A stretch of DNA of 64,000 nucleotides, from contig NC_068981.1 in NCBI RefSeq assembly GCF_001194135.2, positions 49,256,414 to 49,320,413 on the forward strand, written 5' to 3'. How positions within the stretch are numbered: the stretch's first letter is position 1; the number at the start of each line of letters is the position of its first letter. The stretch is from Octopus bimaculoides (taxonomy: Eukaryota). This document shows, one piece after another, positions 26,220 to 39,059 of this stretch. The translations under genes and the position numbers were made by a program. The notes below the pieces were generated by a model that saw only the letters and a program-made list of their open reading frames with translations, had not been told where the DNA came from and did no database searches.

Positions 26220-26910
26220 TGGTGTGTATGTGTTTGTGTAAATGTGTGTGTGTTTTTGTGTGTGCACGTGGACGTATAGCGTGTGCGTAGGTATGAAGTG
26301 TGTTTTCAGGTGAGGGTTGTTTTACCAGACGACGAGGTTATATTAAAGGGTAGGATTTTAAAATGTAATGAAATGCCTTTATGTCCATACATGCGTGTGC
26401 GTAAGTGTGTGCTGTTTGTGTTGGAAGATGTATTAGATGTGAAAGCTTTGGATGGCTGCACATATTATGGACACGCTTTAATGAGGATAGCGGAAGAAGA
26501 CAAGTTGAGAGTGATAGGTTTTCACATAATCGGGCAGAATGCACGCAGAACCTTACAGTGGATGCGTGAGAGACAGAGAAAGGGATGCAGTTGGAAAGGA
26601 TAGGGTGCAGGAAACGTTACACATGTGTGGTCTAAATGGTGTACGAAGGCGAGAGTGGGTTTATACACATTGAATAAAGCGATTGACCATGTAATGTGTC
26701 TGAAAGTCGTATTCGCAACAGTGCAGACAAAAGAGACGGAAGATGGAGAGCAAAGCTAGGCCTGCTTGGAGTGGGCCAGGTGTCGATTAGCTCGACATGA
26801 CTTAGAATCGCAGTTATTGCATTATATAATGCATTATACTAAGCAAATGCTGTGATATGTTATACATACGTTTGTATGTATGTTTCTATGTATATATATA
26901 TATATTTACG

Positions 26911-27293
26911 TGGAAGCGGAAAGGCCCAGTGGTTAGGCAGCGGACTCGCGGTCATAGAATCGCGGTTTCGATTCCCAGACCGGGCGTTGTGAGTGTTTAT
27001 TGAGCGAAAACACCTAAAGCTCCACGAGGCTCCGGTAGGGGATGGTGGCGACCCTGCTGTACTCTTTCACCACAACTTTCTCTCACTCTTACTTCCAGAT
27101 ACTGTTGTGCCTGTAATTCAAAGGGTCAGCCTTGTCACACTGTGTCACGCTGAATATCCCCGAGAACTACGTTAAGGGTACACGTGTCTGTGGAATGCTC
27201 AGCCACTTGCACGTTAATTTCACGAGCAGGCTGTTCCGTTGGTCGGATCAACTGGAACCCTCGACGTCGTAAGCGACGGAGTGCCAACAACAA
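26911..27293 (+). mobile_element. Well-preserved tRNA-derived SINE (family C), full length
   Basis: A box aggcccagtgg (26922-32), B box gtttcgattcc (26965-75), about 380-bp body, 3' (aac)n tail; recognised abundant octopus SINE. Confidence 0.85.
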
Positions 27294-28029
27294 TATATAT
27301 TTACATATGTTTTTCTGTAACGCATAATGCGCAAGGTCATTTTTATTCCTTGTTGCATTACTCATATTCCTTAATTACTATACTCAAACTCTTTTGAGTA
27401 GAACATCAATTCATTCAAATATTTACAAAAGAGCGATTTTTATGTTAAATTATGCTAATTCGGCAGATTTATGATCTGAGCCGTGTGGTTTACGCCCGAG
27501 ACAAATGTCACAAAGAAACAGTGTAACTATTTCCTGCTTCACTCTTTTTGAGAACATACTTCTCTTGTTTCGTATATCCATTGATATTCATTCAAATTAT
27601 ATTATACTGGAATACTTAAGTCACAATTCCCTATAACAATGTTATTGTCACACTTATTCCTTCCTCGACTGTACATTGACATGAAACATGTTGGTGTTCG
27701 TTAATACCGAAAAAATATTTTATGGAAGCATAACGAATTTTACCAGACAACTAAAATATCTAACATGGAAAATGCAAGTATATGTTATATAAGGAACTAA
27801 TTAAACAATTGACTTTACAAAAATAAACTGCAAAACATATATTCCATACTACACAGTATTTATTCAAATGTGTTTGTTAATCAAAGATTTTATCAAAGCT
27901 TCATTATCATTAGAATGAAACGTCTTAGTTAACACTAATTGCGAGGATTCTCAAAATTTTCTCTCTTCCAAATTCTCCATATTTTAGAGATTATTCATCA
28001 CAAATATTTACTAAAATTATTTTTATTTG

Positions 28030-28170
28030 GAAGGCGACGACTTGGTATCGGATAAAATGTTTAGCAGCATTTCTTCGAACTTTACATTCTGAGTTCAAAT
28101 GTCGGTGAGGTTTACTTTAATTTTCAGCGCTTTCGTTGTGGAGAAAGAAAGATTACCAGTGGAGAATTGG
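28030..28170 (+). mobile_element. SINE family B, degenerate 5' part
   Basis: aaggcgacgacttgg...aaatgtttagc...ttctgagttcaaat...gaggtt head. Confidence 0.6.
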
Positions 28171-28857
28171 AGACGACGTAATTGAAACCAATATTATACT
28201 TGTGAGGCTGACTTTCGGAATATCCAGAGACTTTTTTTCTGAAAATATCAGAATTATGTTTAATCGTCAAACATTTTCCATGAGACGAACATTTCGAGCA
28301 TTCAAATTAAGTTCTCTGTAGAAATGTGCATATGCTATTTTCACTTATCTACTATTTCACTTGCCAAACTTAAGGGTTACCATCGCGTTTTGAATCTTTA
28401 AAATGATATCTTACGTTAATTTGCTGCGACTGATTAGCTGGATGGAAATTTAACAATGGTATGGCATGGGAATATTGTTTAAATAAACAATAATGGATAT
28501 CAGAATGCGAAACACGATAATAGTTTCCTTAAATAGATTTAATAAGAATCGGTTAATAAACAAAGCAATGTGATGATTTAATTAACATTGACAGTATATG
28601 TGCATATGCATGCGAAATTTTATGCGTGCATGGAAAAGCATTGTGCGTGTGTGTGTGATCTTTTAGAGTTCATAATTCAAAAAGTGGCACATAATATACG
28701 ATATAGAACTGAGTTATTTTATACTTCAAGCGCATGCACTTAACAGAGCACATTAATATTGACTTCATAGAACTGAATATGCTATCATTCGATGTTTCTG
28801 ATTAGATACTAGATAATCTTTTCCATTGCGTTCTGGAGTAATATACATATATATCCT

Positions 28858-29151
28858 TTGTCTTTTGTCTTTACTTGTTTCAGTCATTAGACTGCGGTCA
28901 TGCAGAATTTTTAGTCTCTTATTCTATCAGTCTCTTTTGCCGAAGCGCTACTTTCGGGGGCATAAGTACATCCGCACCAGTTGTAAAGCGGTGGTGGTGG
29001 TGGTGGTTTGAGACACACACATATATGCGTATATATATTGGTCATAAGCTATAGCAGAAGTCACTTGCCGAAGGTGCCACGCAGTGGGGTTGAAACCGGA
29101 ACCATGTGGTTTGAAAGCAAGCTTCTTACAACACTGCCACTCCTTCGCCTA
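28858..29151 (-). mobile_element. SINE family A copy with internal deletion
   Basis: ttacttgtttcagtcattagactgcgg...cacttgccgaaggtgccacgcagtggggttgaaaccggaaccatgtgg...ccactccttcgccta. Confidence 0.8.
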
Positions 29152-29173
29152 TATGCATGTATATGTTTATGTG

Positions 29174-29231
<58 letters not shown>

Positions 29232-31099
29232 TCTACTACGTGTACCGGTAACGATTATATAATCATGTATTTACATAATACAGAAAATATATTTAGAACA
29301 AGTTTGAAGCATCATGGGAATTTTTTTCTCTCACATCATGCTAACCCGATTTGCTTATAAGCTCCAACAACTCAGTGGTAGGAGTCAGTAGAGAAGTAAA
29401 CGGAAGAATCTTGTTTATACAAGATTATTGTTGTTGTGTGAAACTGACAATGACGTTCTCTTTGTGGTACATATGAATTTAATAACACTATATATGTGTG
29501 TGTTTGTGCGTGTATGTATAGACTGTAAACAATAATAATCAGCAAAACATGATACATTGGAATTAACAAGAAGAGATCGTTCAAATAACCACCATTACTC
29601 TTGTGTGGTTGCCCATTGAATGGAATCTGTAAGGAAATAAAAATTTGTACCAACGAAGTGTACACACCGGTTGCTATTTCTGAATATTTAAATAGCTGTG
29701 AATGTTGGGTTCATTTATTCTTTTAAACCTATAGTTTACATAATTATAATTAGTAACAGATATCGCAAACAGATTTGTGTACGCATACTAGAGAAAATGT
29801 TGAAAAGTTACCAAGGGGAACAAAAACGTTGCATAGAAAATTCGTCGGTAACAGCATGGTTTCTATTGAAATTAGAGTGCTTATAACGTAGAGGCACGGT
29901 CAAGGAAGTTATATTCGTTATGTTCAGTTGCATGTGTACAACATTAGAATAAATAAATTACATTACTGGTCATCGAAAGAAAGAAAAGAAATACGATTTA
30001 TAATAACAATGCTAATACAACTGTCTCCTTTTTCTGTTTTCATCATTCTTGCATTGTTTGTACATGAATTAATAATAAGGAGGGTATTGAAATCTAATAA
30101 GCAAACCTTTTGAAATGCCAGAACTCACAAAATACCATAACAACCATATTGTTGTCTAAAATCTATTATTATCGCATTCTTAGTGGACTTATGGATTTTT
30201 TTTAATTATTTGACCGAGGAGCATTAACTGATATTATTAATTTATACGATTTTGTTGCATCGAAGGCCTGAATCTAACGCTTTTTATCGACCACTTTGTA
30301 TTTAGGACAACGTTTTAAATATTAATAATCTGCATTTTACAGTTTATGTCACCTAATGACCGCAGAGTTCCACCAGTATGAATTTTTAATACTATTGATA
30401 AAACGAAGTAAAATATACATAAAATGGAGAACGAACTCGTATATACCACATTGTTTACATTGGATCGCTAAAAGAAATTATTGATCAGGTCAAATGCATA
30501 ACACGTCATCTTTTTCTGTTTTTCTTGATTTTTTTTTTCTTTCTCTTTGTCGGATATAATTCATCATTATTCTATCGTTGTTCCTTCTACACAATCGCCG
30601 ACATGCTATGTTTCGTACATATATAAAACACGAGGTCTGTTGCAAACACTTCAGCGCGCATGCATATACATGTAAGCACATGCGCACATAACCCTAATGC
30701 ATGTAGTTTTACACTCTCTGAGCAAACTAACGAAACTTTACTCGTGTTTTTCTTCTGCTTGAAATAACTTGCAACATTCCCATCAAACGTCACTCTACAA
30801 AATAGATAATTTAGTCATGGATACAATATATCTAAATGACACAAAGGGAGTTCACGACATACATGCCACTGATAATGAGTTGAGTTAAGCAACATCATCA
30901 CTGTTATATTCTAATTTAATTTCACGCGCTATAAAACAGAAATAATTACACAATTAATTCTCAACAGAATTATGACATATTTCGCTTTCTTTCAGCTATT
31001 CTAATGCATTTTTAGTGCTCTAACATAGATGTTATGAATGTATCGATATATAATTAGGAAGGATGTACAAAAAATAGTGCAGATGCACATATATTCTTT

Positions 31100-31293
31100 T
31101 CTACCCGTTTCTACTCTAGGCACAAGACTCGAAATTGTGTGGGGAGGAGGCCAGTCGTTTACTTAATTTATATATCCCGAAAGGAAGAAAGCAAAGTCGA
31201 CCTCGGTGGAATTATAACTCAGAACGTAAAGACAGACGAAATGCCCTAAGCATTTCGCTCGGCGTGCTAACTTTTCTGCCCGCTCACCGCCTT
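31100..31293 (-). mobile_element. SINE family B copy
   Basis: Reverse complement aaggcggtgagcgggcagaaaagttagcacgccgagcgaaatgcttag...ttctgagtt...gaggtcgactttgc. Confidence 0.8.
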
Positions 31294-31369
31294 AAAATGC
31301 ACGTATATTAACCGGCATACTGCTGGTAAAGTGTACATATTAGGAAGAGCAAGTATTTCTCTGTAGTAT

Positions 31370-31990
31370 CTTTTTTTTATGACTTCTGAACAGAAGTGTT
31401 ATGCCATCGTTGAGTTCCTCACGATGTGTGTGGGAAATTCTCCAAAACACAAAAAGGGCTGAAGGTCGTTTACGAAGAGAAAACCCAAAGCAAATGTAAT
31501 GCATTTCGTTAAAATTGTTTACAGAAGGAAAAGAAAATATTGAGTATAAACCAATGAATGAGAGACAGACCTGTGCAATCAATAAGAGAATCACTCCGAG
31601 TCGACGAATTCATTTTCGTGCGTAGACGAGTTACATATAATGAGCTGGGTGCACAACTGGAGTGTAATCACAATGCACGAAAGAAAGCGGGGAAAACTTT
31701 GGGGACAGAAGGTGTGTACAAACTGACACTCAATTTAAAGAAGAAAAGGGTGGAAACTATTATGATGTATTGAAAACTTTTAACTCCAAGAACGACTCAT
31801 TTTTTCCCGTTCTGATGACAGACGTGACAACATTGGAGCAGGAGAACGGAAACAAAAGAGAATTTGAAGAAGATCTATATTCACTAAGACAATGAACAAC
31901 CATATACAAATTTGGCCACAAGTGCAGCATCTGCAAAACAAGTTGGTTAGTGTTTCCCTCATCTAACGTATTACAGTTACTTTGTAACAC
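31370..31990 (+). mobile_element. Degenerate mariner transposase fragment
   Basis: EQKCYAIVEFL...LKVVYEEKT (N-terminal HTH), QSIRESLRVDEFIFVRRRVTYNELGAQL (second HTH) and residual similarity to the TGDETW...KF..QKSAGKVMASVFW region. Multiple stops; TIRs not identified. Confidence 0.6.
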
Positions 31991-32430
31991 GCAGGAAGTA
32001 AAATTGGCTCCGAAGAAATTTCTACTAATTATGGCTGAATTTTTTCGACCGAGATTTGAGAGTTGATTTCAGTGATAGCGCAATGCACTACTTGCGATGA
32101 ATACTACGTTGAATATTACTTATTATGGAGGAAGTATTACTCTACCAACATGTGCAAATTTAACAACATACAACTAACAATAAAAGAGTAATGCTCTCTT
32201 CTTCATTACTTCTGATGTAACTCTGCAATTTTTGAATGAAGCTAAATAAGCATCAACATATTTCTAAATATAGATTCAATATTTACAATATATAGTTGCT
32301 AGAAACCATAAATATATTATATTTTGATAGCCAACACTCCTGCTTCTCTCTCTCTCTTTATCTATTCCTCTCCTTCATTCATTCTGACACACACACATAC
32401 ACACATGTATACATGTGTACATGCAGTAAT

Positions 32431-32732
32431 ATACATCTGGAAGATCCTGGAAGGAATTGTGCCAAATTTTGGCATTGAAAGCTACACCAATGCCAGAACG
32501 GGACGACACTGCATAGTGCCAAAGATCCCAGCAATGCCATCGCGCTTCAGGACCAGTTACTGCAACAGCTTGGGATTCAGGGGCCCACAGCTTTTTAATA
32601 TTCTCCCAAAGAGCCTGAGGAATCTGCACAAAGTAGATGTAGGAGTTTTTAAATCAAAGCTGGACCTCTTCCTATCGAGAGTCCCAGATGAACCTACCTC
32701 GCAGCAGGAGGTGCAAATGAGGGTTGCTAAAT
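32431..32732 (+). mobile_element. 3' end of LINE ORF2 (CR1/Jockey-group), 5'-truncated, running into an N gap
   Basis: Stop-free frame YIWKILEGIVPNFGI...NSLGFRGPQLFNILPKSLRNL...FKSKLDLFLSRVPDEPT, the typical C-terminus of this LINE group; related to the 40.9-41.3 kb segment. Confidence 0.88.
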
Positions 32733-35700
32733 NNNNNNNNNNNNNNNNNNNNNNNNNNNNNNNNNNNNNNNNNNNNNNNNNNNNNNNNNNNNNNNNNNNN
32801 NNNNNNNNNNNNNNNNNNNNNNNNNNNNNNNNNNNNNNNNNNNNNNNNNNNNNNNNNNNNNNNNNNNNNNNNNNNNNNNNNNNNNNNNNNNNNNNNNNNN
32901 NNNNNNNNNNNNNNNNNNNNNNNNNNNNNNNNNNNNNNNNNNNNNNNNNNNNNNNNNNNNNNNNNNNNNNNNNNNNNNNNNNNNNNNNNNNNNNNNNNNN
33001 NNNNNNNNNNNNNNNNNNNNNNNNNNNNNNNNNNNNNNNNNNNNNNNNNNNNNNNNNNNNNNNNNNNNNNNNNNNNNNNNNNNNNNNNNNNNNNNNNNNN
33101 NNNNNNNNNNNNNNNNNNNNNNNNNNNNNNNNNNNNNNNNNNNNNNNNNNNNNNNNNNNNNNNNNNNNNNNNNNNNNNNNNNNNNNNNNNNNNNNNNNNN
33201 NNNNNNNNNNNNNNNNNNNNNNNNNNNNNNNNNNNNNNNNNNNNNNNNNNNNNNNNNNNNNTATATATATATTTGTATACTGAGTTGAGGCTTCTTACTC
33301 ACGATACCTACCCTTTCTGCTTTCGTCGTTCAGGTTTTTTTTTGGGGGGGTGGGTTCTGAATAAGAATCCTGAAGATAACTCTATCAACGATAGAAAAAA
33401 TTATCCGAATGCTTCAATTAATTATGGAATAATTTCAAATATATTATTTTATTTAAGCCTAAATGCAAGGACACACGCATGCGCTAACACTGGGGTGTAT
33501 GAATGAATATTTGTGTATGTGTGTGTATTGTTCGAGTGCACATGCATATAATTATATTCATATAAGTAAACCCATGTATGTATCAACATTCATTTACATA
33601 CATTATGTATATGTGTGTGTGTACGTGTATATGTATGTATATTTATATATCTGTAAATATGAGTGTGTGAGTTTGTATGTGCGTATGGTTTAACGGTGTA
33701 CATGCGTGTGAATATGTTAACTCCGGTTTTCGGGCGTGTGTGCATCTAATTTTTATTATACATATAAATAGTTTCATTTGAAATAAATCTGAGTGATTTT
33801 TACAGTTATGTGAAGATAAATACTCGATTGGCCATTATAGTATTAGATTTATAAAGATTAATTCCATTATTCGCCTTCGAGTTTTACAGCTTAAATTTTG
33901 ATTGGTGAAATATTTTGAATGCCAATTCCTAATATCCACGAAAGTCTGCAGACTTTTCTATTCTTACCAATTTTCTATATATTTCTTTTCATTACCTGGC
34001 TCTTCTTTCATGCCACTAATACATTAACACATATAGCATAGCTTGATTTATATCTAAATATATCTTGCACAATTGTGCCAAATATTCCAATACAGATTTC
34101 CTAATACTTGCTATGAGCAAAAAGTACTAAATCATTCTATCTTACGACTGGCTATTTCTCAATCAGTTACAACCGATACAATTACAGGACTGGCACTGTT
34201 AATCGATTCAGACATGAGGAAACGCAATTTTATGCTGAAGGCTGTTTGAGCAAACTTGGCTGAACATCAACCGTCACATAGTCTACAGTCCTTATGAATA
34301 TGTGTTTAAAATACTGATATAAAGAATACGTTGCGAAGAGTATTACCGTAAATAAAATTGTTTTCTCTCCATAATATTCTCACATTATGGCGACAAAATT
34401 GATTCTTCCAGTGTGTTTGAAAGTATTATCTACTGCTTATAATTATTTACTCAAAGTGTTGCTCTAGTAAATACCACTGAATATAACAAGTAAAAATTAC
34501 ATACATATTTTTTCTGGAGAAACGATAATCCAAGCTGGTATGTCCTTTGTCGCTTATATCAAGCATTTATTTCAGTACTTGTTTTAGAGGGATGAGTGTA
34601 GCATCTGGCACGATTACAAATAACTAGCTTTTTATTTCAATTCGGTGGACGTAATAGCCGCACTTATGAAGCTGAAATACTATCTAGCTTCCTATAGAGA
34701 TTTTCGATGTACAAGAAGTGTTCATATCCAGTTAATATACACGCACGTTATGTTACAATGCGAAATATTTGAACAAGGTTTATGACACCAGCCACATCCC
34801 ACGCCTCACAAAATTCTATATATATAGCATATTGTTATGTGTATATGGCATATTGTTATATATACGGCATATATGCCATATATATATAACATTTTGTGAA
34901 GAGAAGATCAGTAGGTTTCCTAGGAAATAACTTACAGATATACTGCATGTCAAATGAAATGACCTCTGAAACTATGAAGGACTAAATACCAGACATATAT
35001 TTGATAGAACCCTTGACTCTAAGTTATATTAACGAAATATTTATCTATCTTAAAATAACACTTGGACACACATAACCCTTTGACCGTTCTGTGAGTCAGC
35101 TTAGAGACACAGTGCATATTTTTCTGGCGCATTATATTGATACATATTCTCAATTTCTTTCAATCAATAGGACAACACCAGATTTATCATAGGGAAACAT
35201 TAAATTACTAAAAGCGTATGAAACAAAAGCTAACTAAATGCTGAAAATCAGCAGAAACGTTTGAGACAAGCTTATGCAAATGCTTTGTTCAGACAAAAGT
35301 GTTAAATCATAGCTCGCAAATGAACTTGTAGAGGTCCTGTCTAACGATGGACATTTTACTGTGCTTGCTTTTTTTTCCACCGTCAAATCCATCTTCTTCG
35401 TATGAACTACATGCTGCATTGGGGGGGGGGGATAGAAGTCAGGGAATTGTTTCTACACATAATGACGTTGAAGAATCACTTCATTATTGATAACGTATAC
35501 AATGTACCTTCCTAGCCCTGTCGACAACCTATATTTGTAAAATTCGTAAATCTAATTCTTTGATGAGTAGAGGAAAAGTAGTGGAAACTTGACAATAGTT
35601 CAAAAGAAGCATAGATTTAATACGTACATTATTTCAATTCCATGTGTATCTCTGGCAACTCAATGATAATAACTTCCAGTTTTTCTTACGCACTTTCATT

Positions 35701-36788
35701 CTAACCTCGCTACTATAGTCTTGTACTCACTTTCAATATTTCTAAGCTAATTGAAACAGCGACATTCTGCAACACATTGCATCAACATTTCCACTTAACG
35801 ATTAATGAAAGAGTTTCCATAAAGCCCTATCGAATATTCTCTCCTATCTCTTAATAGTAATAGTAACAGATTATTCACCAGCAAGGCCTTTTTTACGTAA
35901 CTGAAATCGTAAACCTACATAGAAATTTTGCATATGCCTGGTTTCCTCAAGTCTTCCAAATCTTTTATTGGTAGCTTCCCCTCATGACGTAGTAGCTTGT
36001 TATATAAGGACGACCTTTTTCTCACGTTCCAGTATTTCTCTCACATCACTGATTTTCTTATCGCGTTTATAAGGGTTACTACTTGAAATAAATTACTAGA
36101 TTTACGCCATCCCTTCTAAGTAATCCCTGCACTCTCGTGGCACATGCTTAATATGCGACACTAATACTTAAACTTTTACGAAAATGCAGATTGTATAACA
36201 TTTTCTTCTCAACCGAATCTTTCACTTTCTAATCGATGCGCAATGGTTCGAGATATATAATGATCGCATCAATCTTACCACGCAAAAGGGCATGTTGATA
36301 TCAAGGACATTGCCTATTCTCTAGATAATGCAAGTACACAATAACCTGTAAGAAACGCTGTAACATAATATTGTATATTTTGAATCACACCTAAAGTAAT
36401 TAATTTAATGTCGCGTACATTATCATAATCTCTTAAAGCATGAAGTACAGATCTCTGGATTTATATAGTTTATCAACAAAGTATTAACGGTGCATGTTCA
36501 GAATACTGGCTTAATTTGTTCTGTCTGACGTAATTAATTCTGTCTGGCTTTCACATGTCCCTCTAATGAAGGCTATTACTGCATCACGTAGAAGATAAAG
36601 TGAATCATCGGAAATAAATATATATTCCATCTGTAAATTGATTTACATTAATTAAAATATTGAAGTTAAATAGACATAACACATAAACACAGCCCCTTAT
36701 GCATATATAAATATATGTATCGACATATATCCATACATATGGAAATATGTGTGTGAATGTATGTATATATGTATGTGTGTGTGTATAT

Positions 36789-36820
<32 letters not shown>

Positions 36821-36821
36821 G

Positions 36822-36872
<51 letters not shown>

Positions 36873-36944
36873 GGAGAGAAAGACTACACATATATGATTG
36901 TATGTGTATTGTACATGTGTATATCTGAGTAGATATTGTTTACC

Positions 36945-37298
36945 TTTTAATGTTTATATTTTTCAATCATTAGACTGCGGCCATGCTGGGGAAGCGCCTT
37001 CAAGTACCTTTAGTGAAATGAATCAACTCTAAAATGCTTTGTGCTAGGTACTTATTTTATCGGGCTCTTTTCCGAAACGCTGCTAAGTTACTGGGCCGTT
37101 AACACACAAGCATCGGTTGGCAAACAGAGTGGAGGACAAATAGTCACACACACTCATATTCGATAGTGTGTATATACATATATACACGATGGTCTACTTT
37201 CACTTTCCGCCTCCGAAGGCACTGATCGGTCCGAGGTCAGTATCCTCCTGAATTGAGAACCATGTGGTCGGAAAACAAGCTTCTTACCACACAGCCAT
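36945..37298 (-). mobile_element. SINE family A copy, degenerate
   Basis: tcattagactgcggccatgctgg...gctaagttac...gcatcggttg...accatgtggtcggaaaacaagcttcttaccacacagcc. Confidence 0.75.
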
Positions 37299-37801
37299 GT
37301 ATGTTACGTTTTGTTAAAACACACATACATCAGTTTGAAATAGATATGAACCCAAATTATATCAGCTATAATAATGAATAAATTGAGTGACCGGGGAGGA
37401 AGCAATTACGTTTGAAAATTGAAACCACTTGAAAAGCAATTTAATTTCACTTTCATTAAATAACCAATAATTAGATGCTGGCAATAATCGTGAAAGATGC
37501 TCTCAGAGATTCTTAAAAATGCTAAACGTAAAAGAATAAATAGAATTAAAAATCAAAAATTTAACACGACTTAAGTAAAATGACCAGGAAATACACTCCT
37601 AAAAATATTTGGTCGAATATTGATTTAACGTATTATCGATTACTTCACGGTAATATTTGGCTTTTCATCATTTTACAAAAAGAAACATCATTTAGCTGTT
37701 TTAAAATAAAATAGAAGAAATAACCATTTTCAGAACGTTCCTGAAATCAAGTTTTCCGGACAATTTGTGTGATGCATTTTTTGAAATGTATGTATCAACT
37801 A

Positions 37802-39038
37802 TTGGGTCAGCCCTTAAATAATGCAGTTTTCTTTCAATTGCATGAACTAAAAGTAGGAGGGTGACGGAATAAGCTACTTGCATCAACTTGTTTTAAAAGC
37901 AGGTAGTAATTTCACCATGTAATTACTCTTAGTACAAGTTTTGAAGAGTACAGTTCGATGTTAACAATTATTTTTTCAAAGCAATATTGGAAGTGACAAA
38001 GGAGCATATTCGGTATATTTTGCTTTATGAGTTCAATAAAAGCAACAAGGCAAAATAATATTAATGAAGTATATGGGGAGCGGACGATAAGCGTAAGTCA
38101 GTGTCAACGGTGGTTCCGGTAACGCCAAGCCGGAAACTACAGCCTAGAACACGTGCATCGTCCTGGAATATTTCTAGAGCTCGATGAGGACGTCCTGCAA
38201 ACCCTGGTGGAATAAAACTCAATCGTAACTGTTGATGAACTAGCAGTAAAGCTTGGATTTGGTCATTCAACCTGCGTGCTATCGGAAAAGTTAGAAAATT
38301 GGATCAATGGAATCGTCACAAATTTTGCGAGTGTAATCCCGAGCAAAGAGTGAAATTGTGCACTTCTTTGCTGTCACGTCTTATGAATGAACCTTTGTTC
38401 GACTGAATAGTGATTCAGGACGAGAAATGGGTTCTCTATAAAAATATCAAGCGCCGAAAACAATGGGTAGGGAAAAGAGAAACACCGGCACGCCAGGCTA
38501 AAGAAGGTCTTCACACATGTAAGGTGTTACAAGTTTGGTAGGTTATGAAAGGTTTAGTCTACTTTGAACTTATAAATCCAAACCAAATGATATCGAGATC
38601 TACTTCGAGCGGTTTGAACGGCTTAAGTCTGCGGTAAAAGAAAAACGACCATTTCTGGTTTCAAGAAGAAAGGTATTCATCCATCAGGATAATGTTCGAT
38701 CACATACAGAGAGGATGACATTCGAAAGGCTGGAACAATTTGAATGGGAAACGATACCCCACCCACCATATTGCCCCATCTGATTATCATTTATTCCGCA
38801 GTCTTCAAAATTATTTGGACGGTAAAAATACGAATTCTGTAGATAAGGTCAGAACAGTACTGGACGAGTATTTTTGGTCCATAGACAAGTGAAATTTGGA
38901 CGAGTGGCCATGCAATTCAGCCAGATAGATGGAAGAAAATTAAGGAGGGTATATTTTAGATTAAAAAAGCACTTTGCGTATCTTAAGTTTGAAGAATAAT
39001 AGAAGTATAAAAAACTGCATTATTTATGTGGTGATCAT
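37802..39038 (+). mobile_element. Full-length but inactivated mariner (Tc1/mariner, DD34D-type) transposon, about 1.24 kb
   Basis: TIRs share taaataatgcagtttt (left about 37815; inverted aaaactgcattattta about 39011), with TA at the left end. Transposase: EVTKEHIRYILLYEF, NINEVYGERT..QCQRWF, QDEKWVLY, HQDNVRSH, HPPY, PSDYHLFRSLQNYL. Stops and frameshifts present. Confidence 0.92.
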
Positions 39039-39059
39039 GACATATTTCTCTGTAAACTA

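Noticed and set aside
26911-26985. tRNA gene
   Set aside because: It has A and B boxes, but no convincing full cloverleaf, and it continues into a 300-bp SINE body.
35303-35365. LANELVEVLSNDGHFTVLAF, resembling a fasciclin-domain motif
   Set aside because: Short isolated match, missing the conserved FAP, with no good donor; likely chance.
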